Source of the DNA: Pirellula staleyi DSM 6068
GTDB lineage: Bacteria > Planctomycetota > Planctomycetia > Pirellulales > Pirellulaceae
Assembly (NCBI GenBank): GCA_945875845.1
Contig: CAMCMB010000036.1
Coordinates: 2,053 to 66,052 of the forward strand
DNA: 64,000 nucleotides
Direction of reading: 5' to 3'
The notes under the pieces were generated by a model. The model had not been told where the DNA came from. It saw only the letters and a program-made list of their open reading frames with translations, and did not search any database. The position numbers and the translations under genes are program-made. Of this stretch, positions 1 to 7,914 are shown one piece after another. Position 1 is the first letter of the stretch; each line of letters starts with the position of its first letter.

Positions 1-1
1 T

Positions 2-340
2 ATCCACCCCATCTGTCGCCGCCCTATCCGTCGGGTCCGCGGAATCTACCTTTGGGGCAGTGTGCCCCGTAACCCAGGATCGACTTAGGAAACCAAGCCC
101 TAGTCTTGGACTTACAGCAAGGACTCCGAACAGGAAGGCAGCTATTAAGGCTGCCGCACTCAGAAGGCCGCACCCAAAAAACCAAATACTTGGCTTTTGA
201 ACGAGATGAATTTGCGCAGAGAAAAGTGTTCCTAGCATTGCGCTTGACCATGCTATGCACACAGCTGCTTTGGTGTCGGCAAAACGTATGTACTCGTTCA
301 GATAGGCGTGTATTTTCCAAAGAAATTCAGAGTTCGGCAT
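2..340 (-). CDS. Partial small membrane protein (N-terminal 113 codons; 3' end lies left of the window), Pycsar-effector/DUF5706-like 2TM domain
   Basis: Hand translation of the minus strand from ATG 340-338 gives MPNSEFLWKIHAYLNEYIRFADTKAAVCIAWSSAMLGTLFSAQIHLVQKPSIWFFGCGLLSAAALIAAFLFGVLAVSPRLGLGF... I checked every triplet and found no stop down to position 2. It is absent from the ORF track because it runs off the edge. An FADTKA motif is followed by two hydrophobic helices, and a purine-rich GAGGGA sits just upstream of the ATG. Confidence 0.55.
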   Translation of the reverse strand, partial: MPNSEFLWKIHAYLNEYIRFADTKAAVCIAWSSAMLGTLFSAQIHLVQKPSIWFFGCGLLSAAALIAAFLFGVLAVSPRLGLGFLSRSWVTGHTAPKVDSADPTDRAATDGVD

Positions 341-375
341 CGTTCCCTCGATCAAGAAACAGTTTTTCGGTCGTG

Positions 376-416
376 ACACGTTAGACTAACACGTGTTCGC
401 CTATAGCGAATATAGC
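376..416. promoter_or_regulatory. Candidate operator cluster in the divergent promoter region between the 2TM gene and the XRE gene
   Basis: Perfect 10-bp palindrome AACACGTGTT at 388-397. ACACGT half-sites at 376-381 and 389-394. Direct repeat TATAGC-GAA-TATAGC at 402-416. Confidence 0.3.
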
Positions 417-491
417 AGCTAACCAAAACAAGTTCAACTAGGGGCGAACAGGTCTGTTGTCGCAACGAATCAGCCATGGTACGATTTGGGA

Positions 492-944
492 ATGGCAGCA
501 AAAAAAGTGGAAAAGCAAATCGAAACGTCACCTCTATCCCGGTTGTCGCAAAACATTCGGGCGGCGCGACTCGCTGCTGGCTTAACTTTGGAGCAGTTAG
601 CGGGCGAATCGGGAATCTCCAAAACCTACCTCTGGGAACTGGAGAACGACGAGAGCGGCCAGAAGCGGCCATCGGCGGAAATACTACTTAAGGTTGCAAA
701 CATCCTTAAGACAACCATCGCAGATTTAATGGGGCTTCCGTCGGTCCAAGTCAACAAAACCAAAGTTGAAGTGAGTCCATCCCTAATCGAGTTCCGAGAC
801 ATGATGGTTAGGATCGAAACACCGCTATCAGATGAAGACCTCCATTCGCTGGCTTCAACTCGTTTTCGAGGTGGGCAGCCCACATCCAAAGAAGGCTGGT
901 ACGATCTCTACTCGGCATTGAAAAGAGCGACTGGAAGGAAATGA
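492..944 (+). CDS. XRE-family helix-turn-helix transcriptional regulator with C-terminal extension
   Basis: HTH_3-type motif LSQNIRAARLAAGLTLEQLAGESGISKTYLWELEND. The track ORF starts at TTG 486; the first ATG is at 492. The stop lies 1 nt before the ImmA start. Confidence 0.85.
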   Translation: MAAKKVEKQIETSPLSRLSQNIRAARLAAGLTLEQLAGESGISKTYLWELENDESGQKRPSAEILLKVANILKTTIADLMGLPSVQVNKTKVEVSPSLIEFRDMMVRIETPLSDEDLHSLASTRFRGGQPTSKEGWYDLYSALKRATGRK

Positions 945-945
945 A

Positions 946-1896
946 ATGCCGAGAAATTCTGGCTCTGTAAGATACCACGAACATGTAATGGCAATCATCG
1001 CGGAAATGGGGTTGGAAGATCCGCGAGAAGCAGTGCGCCAAAAAGCAAGGGTAATGCTAGGTAACCTGCTCCCACTTTTTCCTAACCCGCCGCCATTCAA
1101 CATGCAGGAAATTGCAAGTTGCATTGGACTGCATGCTTCCGATGAAGAACCCAGCTTTAGTGCAGACTCAGAGATTGCCCCCGATGGCGATGGCAATGTC
1201 GTACTACGTATTAACAAGAGTCGCCCAATAACTCGACAACGCTTTAGCATCGCACATGAAATTGGCCACACACTTTTCCCCGATTACCAACTCGCTGTGA
1301 GATGTCGCAAGGCGCATGATAAAAGATGGAATGACGATGATTTCCTGGAAACCCTCTGCGATGTCGCTGCGTCCGAATTCATGTTTCCATTGCCATGGTT
1401 TGAAAACTCCATTGCATCACTACAAATGACTGGCGAAGGGGTTGCTAGCTTGGCTGATGAGTACCAGGCGTCACGAGAAGCAACCGTACGAAGGCTCGTC
1501 GAATTGCACCCAGAACCGATGGCCGCAGTGTTCTTTAGCTGGAAACTGAAACCCGTCGAGCACAAGCAAGTTCGACGCAATGCGGAAAAGCCCTTTCTTT
1601 CCACGATCTTTCGTCCCGATGAGCCCGAAAAGAAGCTCCGCGTCGACTATCCCATCCTGAACGAATCGTTTCGCAATCACGTGCTTGACCACATACCGGT
1701 TCACAAATCGATTCCGAACGATGGTCCCATCTATCAAGCAGCGATGACACTGTCCCCGTGCGATGGAACTGCTGTCGTAAGTTTTGGGCGCATCGAAAAT
1801 GAGTACCACATTGTCGCACTACCAATCTACACCGATGAAGCCGACTTTGGACCGAACAACGCAAGTTCGGTTGTTGCATTGTTGAGGCCTATCTAG
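946..1896 (+). CDS. ImmA/IrrE-family (M78) zinc metallopeptidase
   Basis: HEXXH motif AHEIGHTLF (HEIGH at 1255-1269). About 170 aa follow the peptidase core, as in IrrE/CapP-type proteins. Classic pairing directly behind an XRE repressor. Confidence 0.85.
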   Translation: MPRNSGSVRYHEHVMAIIAEMGLEDPREAVRQKARVMLGNLLPLFPNPPPFNMQEIASCIGLHASDEEPSFSADSEIAPDGDGNVVLRINKSRPITRQRFSIAHEIGHTLFPDYQLAVRCRKAHDKRWNDDDFLETLCDVAASEFMFPLPWFENSIASLQMTGEGVASLADEYQASREATVRRLVELHPEPMAAVFFSWKLKPVEHKQVRRNAEKPFLSTIFRPDEPEKKLRVDYPILNESFRNHVLDHIPVHKSIPNDGPIYQAAMTLSPCDGTAVVSFGRIENEYHIVALPIYTDEADFGPNNASSVVALLRPI

Positions 1897-1901
1897 AGTA
1901 T

Positions 1902-4900
1902 GTGCTTTCATTATCCCCAACGATCAACGGCGAGCCCGAGCAGGTTGCACAATTGGAAATAATCGATAACATCAATCAACTTTTGGGCGACAACCTCAAA
2001 ACAACCATCGCTCCAAAATCGAAGCTTAAGATTGCCGCGTCGTGTTTTTCGATCTATGCGTTCGAATCGCTAAAGAAGGAACTCGAAAAAATCGAGTCCC
2101 TTGAGTTCATTTTCACGTCGCCAACGTTTGTTCCCAACGAAGTCACCGACAAGATCAAGAAGGAACGACGCGAGTTCTATATCCCAAAACTTGAACGCGA
2201 ACGCGGGTTCTACGGAACCGAATTCGAAATCCAACTCAAGAACAAGCTGACCCAACGAGCCATCGCCAAAGAGTGTGCTGAGTGGATGCGAAGGAAAGCT
2301 AAGTTTCGCTCCAATTCCGGCAAAGCTCCGATGCAGCAGTTTGTTTGTGTCCAAAACCCAACGTCCCAAGCCGTTTACTTGCCACTACATGGCTTCACCG
2401 CAGTTGATCTTGGCTACCAGCAAGGCAATGCTGTTTCGAACATCGTCAATAAGATTGACGAACCATCGATGACAGGGATTTATCTTGGATTATTCGACCA
2501 AATCTGGAAAGATCCTGAGAAGCTCCAAGACGTAACATCTAGTCTTTGCGACCACATTGCATCGCTCTATCAGGAAAACTCTCCCGAACGTATCTACTTC
2601 TTGATGCTTTACAACATCTTCAACGACTTCTTAGAAGATATCAGCGACGATGTTCTCCCCAACGACATGACGGGATATCAGGACAGTCTCGTCTGGAAAA
2701 AGCTGTTCAACTTCCAACGGGATGCTGCCACGGGAATCATCAACAAGTTAGAGACCTTCAACGGTTGCATTCTTGCGGACAGCGTGGGGCTTGGAAAAAC
2801 CTTCACCGCGCTCGCCGTTATCAAATACTACGAGCTTCGCAATCGTGGTGTGCTCGTTCTTTGCCCCAAGAAGCTGTCCGACAATTGGCTCACGTTTAAT
2901 CGCAACGTCAAGACAAATTTATTCGCCAAAGATCGATTCAACTATGACGTGCTGTGTCATACGGATCTTGGGCGAACTCGAGGCGAATCATTTGGCACTC
3001 GTCTCGATCAAGTCAACTGGGGCAATTACGACTTGGTCGTTATCGACGAATCGCATAACTTTCGCAATGCGGAAGCCTTCAATGAAAAGGAGACGCGATA
3101 CGACAAGCTTATGAATGCTGTCATTCGGGCAGGTGTCAAAACCAAAGTTCTGATGTTATCGGCTACCCCGGTCAATAATCGTTTCAACGATCTCAAGAAC
3201 CAACTCGCCCTTGCCTACGAGGGAGACACTGAAGCCATCAATCGCAAATTAGATACGACTCGCGACATTAGCGAGATCTTCCGACGTGCTCAGCAAGCCT
3301 TCAATGCATGGACTAAGTTGCCGGCAGATCAGCGAACCAGCGATGCGATTTTGCGGAGTCTCGATTTTGACTTCTTCAAGCTGCTTGATAGTGTCACAAT
3401 CGCGCGATCTCGACGTCACATTCAGACCTTTTACGATACTGCCGAAGCAGGCAAGTTTCCGGTTCGGCTTCCGCCACAATCCTATCGGTGTCCTCTGACT
3501 CATCGCGGTGACGTTCCCAACTTGAACGAAATCTACAACAGTTTGGCATCACTCACATTGGCAGTTTACGCTCCGGTAGCGTACATTCACCCAAGTCGAC
3601 TGCCGTTTTACGCAGAGCAATACGACACCAAATTCGAGAGCGGCAATCGCTTCCGTCAAATCGACCGAGAGCGAAGTTTGCAGAATCTGATGACGGTCAA
3701 CCTCTTGAAGCGACTTGAAAGCAGTATAGAAGCCTTCCGAATCACACTGTCAAAATTGCAGCGCGGTCACCGAAGTTTGCTGGTGAAGATTGAAAAGTTT
3801 CAGCGATCTGGCGTTTCGGATCGCGTATGCGATGCGGGCGTTGGCTACGGAAGCGGTGAGTACGACGAAGACGAGGTTCTTGACCTCGATGCTGTCACCA
3901 CTGGCAAAGTTCAAATCCGTCTTGAAGACATGGACCTGCCTTCGTGGAAAGACGATCTTCAGCGTGATCTGAAGGTCATTGACGAGCTACTAGCTGAAAT
4001 GCAGAAAGTGACGCCAAGGGACGACGCGAAATTGCAGCACTTGCTGGGTTACCTAAAAGGAAAATACGCGTCACCGATAAATCCCGGAAATCGCAAGGTC
4101 CTTATCTTCACTGCTTTCGCGGATACATCGGAATATCTTTACGAGCATGTTGCGCCAGCGATAGCAGAATATGCGGATGCTGCTGCAGGTACTGTCAATC
4201 ACACCGGCGGCCATACAGCCACTGTTTCGGGAACTTTCCCTGCAAGAAGTACGATTGTCGATGAAAGCGGTCGGCCACGACGCTACGACTTTCAATCACT
4301 ATTGACCCTGTTTTCGCCGCGTTCGAAAGAGAAATCGCTCATACTGCCAGACGAACCATCTGAGATCGACGTATTGATCGGCACCGATTGCATCTCCGAA
4401 GGGCAAAACCTGCAGGATTGCGACTGCGTTATCAATTACGACATTCATTGGAACCCAGTGCGAATCATCCAACGTTTCGGCCGCGTTGATCGGATTGGAT
4501 CGCCCAATGATTTCATTCAACTGGTCAACTATTGGCCGGACATCACACTCGATGAATACATCAATCTAAAAGAGCGGGTGGAAAACCGCATGGTAATAGC
4601 GGACATGACCGCGACTGGTGATGACAATGTTCTACTCGATGGCAATCCAGCCAACAGTGAAGTTGCATATCGCAAGGAGCAGCTTCGTCGTCTGCAAGAC
4701 GAAGTCATCGAAATGGAGGACATTAAAACGGGTGTCTCCATTACAGACCTGGGCCTAAACGATTTTCGTATGGATTTGCTCGCCTATGTCAACGCAACTG
4801 GCGATTTAGCCAACGTTCCCAATGGAATGCATAGCGTTGTACCCGCCGAACCGGATCGTGGCTTGCATCCGGGCGTGATCTTCACACTTCGCAATCGAGA

Positions 4901-5282
4901 TTCCAGCGTAAACGTGGGTGGGCATAATCGGTTGCACCCATACTATATGGTCTACGTCGGCAGCGATGGCCGGGTCGTGATGGATTACACCGAAGTCAAA
5001 CGTCTGCTCGATCTAGCACGTGCCGCCTGCAAGGGACGGTCGAAGCATGTCGCGGAAGTCTGCAAACCGTTCAACGATGCGACAGATGATGGGCGGAATA
5101 TGACTTTTTATAGCGATCTGCTCGACGTTGCCATCGGCAGCATCATCGACCGAAAAGAAGAGTCCGACGTCGAAAGTCTGTTTTCCGGCGGACCAACAAC
5201 AGCTCTCGAGGGGAACATCAAGGGTCTTGATGACTTCGAACTGATTGCTTTCCTGGTCATCTTTGACCCCAAGCGAGGGTAG
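1902..5282 (+). CDS. SNF2-family (superfamily 2) helicase, 1126 aa, with uncharacterised N-terminal (~280 aa) and C-terminal (~330 aa) regions
   Basis: Motif I LADSVGLGKTFTA (GLGKT 2787-2801), motif II VVIDESHNFRN (DESH 3045-3056), motif III LMLSATPVNN, motif V GQNLQDCDCVINYDIHWNP, motif VI QRFGRVDRIGS. GTG start 5 nt after the ImmA stop. Confidence 0.9.
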   Translation: MLSLSPTINGEPEQVAQLEIIDNINQLLGDNLKTTIAPKSKLKIAASCFSIYAFESLKKELEKIESLEFIFTSPTFVPNEVTDKIKKERREFYIPKLERERGFYGTEFEIQLKNKLTQRAIAKECAEWMRRKAKFRSNSGKAPMQQFVCVQNPTSQAVYLPLHGFTAVDLGYQQGNAVSNIVNKIDEPSMTGIYLGLFDQIWKDPEKLQDVTSSLCDHIASLYQENSPERIYFLMLYNIFNDFLEDISDDVLPNDMTGYQDSLVWKKLFNFQRDAATGIINKLETFNGCILADSVGLGKTFTALAVIKYYELRNRGVLVLCPKKLSDNWLTFNRNVKTNLFAKDRFNYDVLCHTDLGRTRGESFGTRLDQVNWGNYDLVVIDESHNFRNAEAFNEKETRYDKLMNAVIRAGVKTKVLMLSATPVNNRFNDLKNQLALAYEGDTEAINRKLDTTRDISEIFRRAQQAFNAWTKLPADQRTSDAILRSLDFDFFKLLDSVTIARSRRHIQTFYDTAEAGKFPVRLPPQSYRCPLTHRGDVPNLNEIYNSLASLTLAVYAPVAYIHPSRLPFYAEQYDTKFESGNRFRQIDRERSLQNLMTVNLLKRLESSIEAFRITLSKLQRGHRSLLVKIEKFQRSGVSDRVCDAGVGYGSGEYDEDEVLDLDAVTTGKVQIRLEDMDLPSWKDDLQRDLKVIDELLAEMQKVTPRDDAKLQHLLGYLKGKYASPINPGNRKVLIFTAFADTSEYLYEHVAPAIAEYADAAAGTVNHTGGHTATVSGTFPARSTIVDESGRPRRYDFQSLLTLFSPRSKEKSLILPDEPSEIDVLIGTDCISEGQNLQDCDCVINYDIHWNPVRIIQRFGRVDRIGSPNDFIQLVNYWPDITLDEYINLKERVENRMVIADMTATGDDNVLLDGNPANSEVAYRKEQLRRLQDEVIEMEDIKTGVSITDLGLNDFRMDLLAYVNATGDLANVPNGMHSVVPAEPDRGLHPGVIFTLRNRDSSVNVGGHNRLHPYYMVYVGSDGRVVMDYTEVKRLLDLARAACKGRSKHVAEVCKPFNDATDDGRNMTFYSDLLDVAIGSIIDRKEESDVESLFSGGPTTALEGNIKGLDDFELIAFLVIFDPKRG

Positions 5283-5284
5283 TT

Positions 5285-5983
5285 GTGAACAAAGCAGGGG
5301 GAACACTATTCGCTTGGCCGAAGCAGGCCGAGTTTGGCCGCAAATTGAATAAGGAACTATTCTACGCGGGTGCTCGCAATAATCGAAAGCTAAAAGAATT
5401 GTTCACGGATCAAGTTGCGCGTGTCGCATGGAAGTACAAGCTCGCGTCGTCGACTCTCAATACGCCAGCGACCGTCGACGTTCCCGAGATCGAAGTTATC
5501 CAGATTGATGTTAGCGGAACAGATTTTGATCCAGCTATCCTCATCGCGATCGACAAAGCAATTCCAAATCCCACTATTCACGAAATCCATAGTGCTGGGC
5601 GTGTGAAGCAATCCGCGGCCTATAAGCGAGCCAGTGAGTCGGATGCAAACGCCTGGGTCATCAGTCATTACCTCTCCAGTGACTGGCAACCCGTGGATGC
5701 TGTTCGAATGCCGCTGCCAACATCTCTTAACCTGGGCATACTCTACGCCAGTCTGCTTCGAACGATGATCGATCTACTGCCGCAAAATGGGGAACCGTTG
5801 CGATCCCATGTAGAGCGTCATGGACAAGTCCTCCAACTTCGTCGTGATGCAGAACGCATTAGTCAAAAGATGAATGCTGAAAAGCAGCTCAATCGAAAAG
5901 TCGAGTGGAACTCGCAACTTCGATCCGTCAATCAAGAAATTCAAAAACTTACAAGAACTCCATTGCAGGAATCCAATGCCTGA
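5285..5983 (+). CDS. DUF4391-like protein (function unknown)
   Basis: 232 aa. The pattern FAWPKQAEFGRKLNKELFY...VARVAWKYKLASSTLN...EIEVIQIDV...LIAIDKAIPNP matches my recollection of DUF4391. GTG start 2 nt after the helicase stop; the stop overlaps the methylase start (ATGCCTGA). Confidence 0.6.
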   Translation: MNKAGGTLFAWPKQAEFGRKLNKELFYAGARNNRKLKELFTDQVARVAWKYKLASSTLNTPATVDVPEIEVIQIDVSGTDFDPAILIAIDKAIPNPTIHEIHSAGRVKQSAAYKRASESDANAWVISHYLSSDWQPVDAVRMPLPTSLNLGILYASLLRTMIDLLPQNGEPLRSHVERHGQVLQLRRDAERISQKMNAEKQLNRKVEWNSQLRSVNQEIQKLTRTPLQESNA

Positions 5984-7844
5984 AAAGCTAAAAATGCATA
6001 GCCCGGATTTGATCGCTTCCAATATCGATTGCATTGCGGAATTGTTTCCGAACTGTGTCACTGAAGCGGCAGGCGAAAACGGCCTAGTGACACGATTGAT
6101 TGACTTTGATTTACTTCGCCAAGAGTTGTCCGGAGACATCGTCGAGGGACCGCTTGAGCGCTATCATCTCAACTGGCCTGGTAAGCGAGAGGCGATGCTG
6201 GCAGCTAACGCCCCAATCGCAAAAACGCTACGTCCCTGTCGCGAAGAAAGCGTCGACTTCGACACTACAAAAAATTTGTTCATCGAAGGCGATAATTTGG
6301 AAGCGTTGAAGCTATTGCAGGAGACTTATCTCGGCAAAGTCAAGATGATCTACATCGACCCACCATACAATACGGGAAATGACTTTATCTACGACGATGA
6401 CTTTGCAGAAGATGCGGATGCCTTTCTTTTGCGATCAGAGCAAGTAGAGGAATCGGGCGTAAGGCTCATCGCAAATAGTAACGCAAATGGGCGTTTTCAT
6501 TCCGACTGGCTTTCGATGATGCTTCCACGGCTAAAGTTAGCTCGAAATGTTCTGCGTGAAGACGGATGCATCTTCATTTCGATCGATGACAACGAGATAT
6601 CCAGTCTTCGTAAGTTGTGTGATGAAATCTTTGGGCCATCCAACTTTATTGCGACGATTGTTTGGCAAAAACGTTATGTATCGAACGTCACTGCGAAATG
6701 GCTTTCAGACATGCACGACTATGTACTTGTCTACGCGAAACAAAGTGATTTATTGACAATCAATGATTGGAAACGCACAACCGAACAGGAATCCGCATAC
6801 AGAAATCCAGACGATGACCCGCGCGGTGTATGGCGTGCTCAAGATCTTTCAGCGAGTAAACCGTATGAAGCAGGGAAATTTACAATTACAGGACCAAATG
6901 GAGATTTCTTCACTCCACCTCCAAATCGCTATTGGAGATGTAATCGCGAACAGTTCGACCGTTGGTGCAAAGACAAACGAATATGGTGGGGTGTGAACGG
7001 TGATGCTAGGCCAATGCTAAAGGCATTCCTTTCAGAATCAACACGTGGAATTAAGCCGCATACTTGGTGGGGGCATGAATTTGCCGGTCACAACAAGGAG
7101 GCCACCCTCGAGTTAAAGGCTTTGTTCGATGGCGACGCTCCGTTTGACACGCCAAAGCCCGTGAAATTAATGAAGAAAATTCTGGAACTTGTGACAAGTG
7201 AAGGTGACATTGTAATGGACTTTTTTGCCGGTTCCGCGACTTTCGCTCAAGCAGTTCTTGAAATGGGAAATGCTCGTTTCATTGCCGTTCAGGCTGGTGA
7301 GATGGTTCAAGGTATCGATTCGTCGCCGAAATTCCAAACCATTGCTGAAGTAGCAAAAGAGAGGATTCGCCGGATATGTTCATCGCAGTCTGATAAAAAC
7401 CGAATGTTTGCGGAAGATTATTACAGTGGCTTCCGTGTCCTAAAAATCGATTCGTCCAACATGAAGGATGTTTACTATTCACCACAAGATACTTCGCAGG
7501 CGATGCTAAGTGGATTGGTCGACAACATCAAGCCTGATCGGACTGGGGAGGATTTGCTGTTCCAAGTCCTACTCGACTGCGGCGTTGACCTGGGACTTCC
7601 CCTGAAGCGAGAAACGCTCGACAATTGTGAAGTGTTCATCGTTAATGAAAGCAAGCACACGGTTCCCGATCTGATCGCCTGCTTCGAGGTAGATTTGCCT
7701 GAATCGCTTGTCACAACCATCGCTGACAAAAAGCCGCTGCGAGCCGTGTTTCGCGATCAATGCTACGCGACCGACGCTGAAAAAATCAACGTAGAACAAA
7801 TCTTCAAGCAACTATCGCCCAACACACAATTAAAGAGCCTCTAA
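5976..7844 (+). CDS. Site-specific DNA methyltransferase, beta-class N6A/N4C (Type III Mod-like, N6_N4_Mtase family)
   Basis: Motif IV IYIDPPYNTGNDF (DPPY 6357-6368) precedes motif I VMDFFAGSATFAQAV, which is the beta-class order. The track ORF starts at 5874, but ATG 5976 (MPEKLKMHSPD...) overlaps the upstream stop by 8 nt and is the likelier start. Confidence 0.9.
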   Translation: MPEKLKMHSPDLIASNIDCIAELFPNCVTEAAGENGLVTRLIDFDLLRQELSGDIVEGPLERYHLNWPGKREAMLAANAPIAKTLRPCREESVDFDTTKNLFIEGDNLEALKLLQETYLGKVKMIYIDPPYNTGNDFIYDDDFAEDADAFLLRSEQVEESGVRLIANSNANGRFHSDWLSMMLPRLKLARNVLREDGCIFISIDDNEISSLRKLCDEIFGPSNFIATIVWQKRYVSNVTAKWLSDMHDYVLVYAKQSDLLTINDWKRTTEQESAYRNPDDDPRGVWRAQDLSASKPYEAGKFTITGPNGDFFTPPPNRYWRCNREQFDRWCKDKRIWWGVNGDARPMLKAFLSESTRGIKPHTWWGHEFAGHNKEATLELKALFDGDAPFDTPKPVKLMKKILELVTSEGDIVMDFFAGSATFAQAVLEMGNARFIAVQAGEMVQGIDSSPKFQTIAEVAKERIRRICSSQSDKNRMFAEDYYSGFRVLKIDSSNMKDVYYSPQDTSQAMLSGLVDNIKPDRTGEDLLFQVLLDCGVDLGLPLKRETLDNCEVFIVNESKHTVPDLIACFEVDLPESLVTTIADKKPLRAVFRDQCYATDAEKINVEQIFKQLSPNTQLKSL

Positions 7845-7914
7845 GACTCTGAATTGCGGATTCAAAAACGCTCCTTCCTCATTCTCAAATAGTCATTCAC
7901 CCTCTGCTCCTTTC

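Noticed and set aside
40-160. A cluster of hairpins (GGGGCA-GTG-TGCCCC, CCAAG..CTTGG, GGCAGC-TATTAAG-GCTGCC) and a faint resemblance to SRP-RNA helix 8. I considered a structured ncRNA, or a tRNA/tmRNA-type integration target at the island edge.
   Set aside because: The region lies inside a clean open reading frame on the minus strand (2-340) encoding TM helices, and Ala/Gly/Leu codon runs create the palindromes. No T-arm or acceptor stem is present, and the GGAA tetraloop context of SRP RNA is not matched.
24-384. Track ORFs 24-320(-) and 106-384(+)
   Set aside because: Their translations are Cys/Arg-rich and not protein-like. They overlap the better-supported edge ORF in another frame.
385-394. 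A 10-nt identity ACTAACACGT at 385-394 and 14890-14899, considered as possible att-like direct repeats bracketing the island
   Set aside because: It is too short to be significant for two ~500-bp search regions. The left copy lies inside the island's own promoter, and no integrase is seen.
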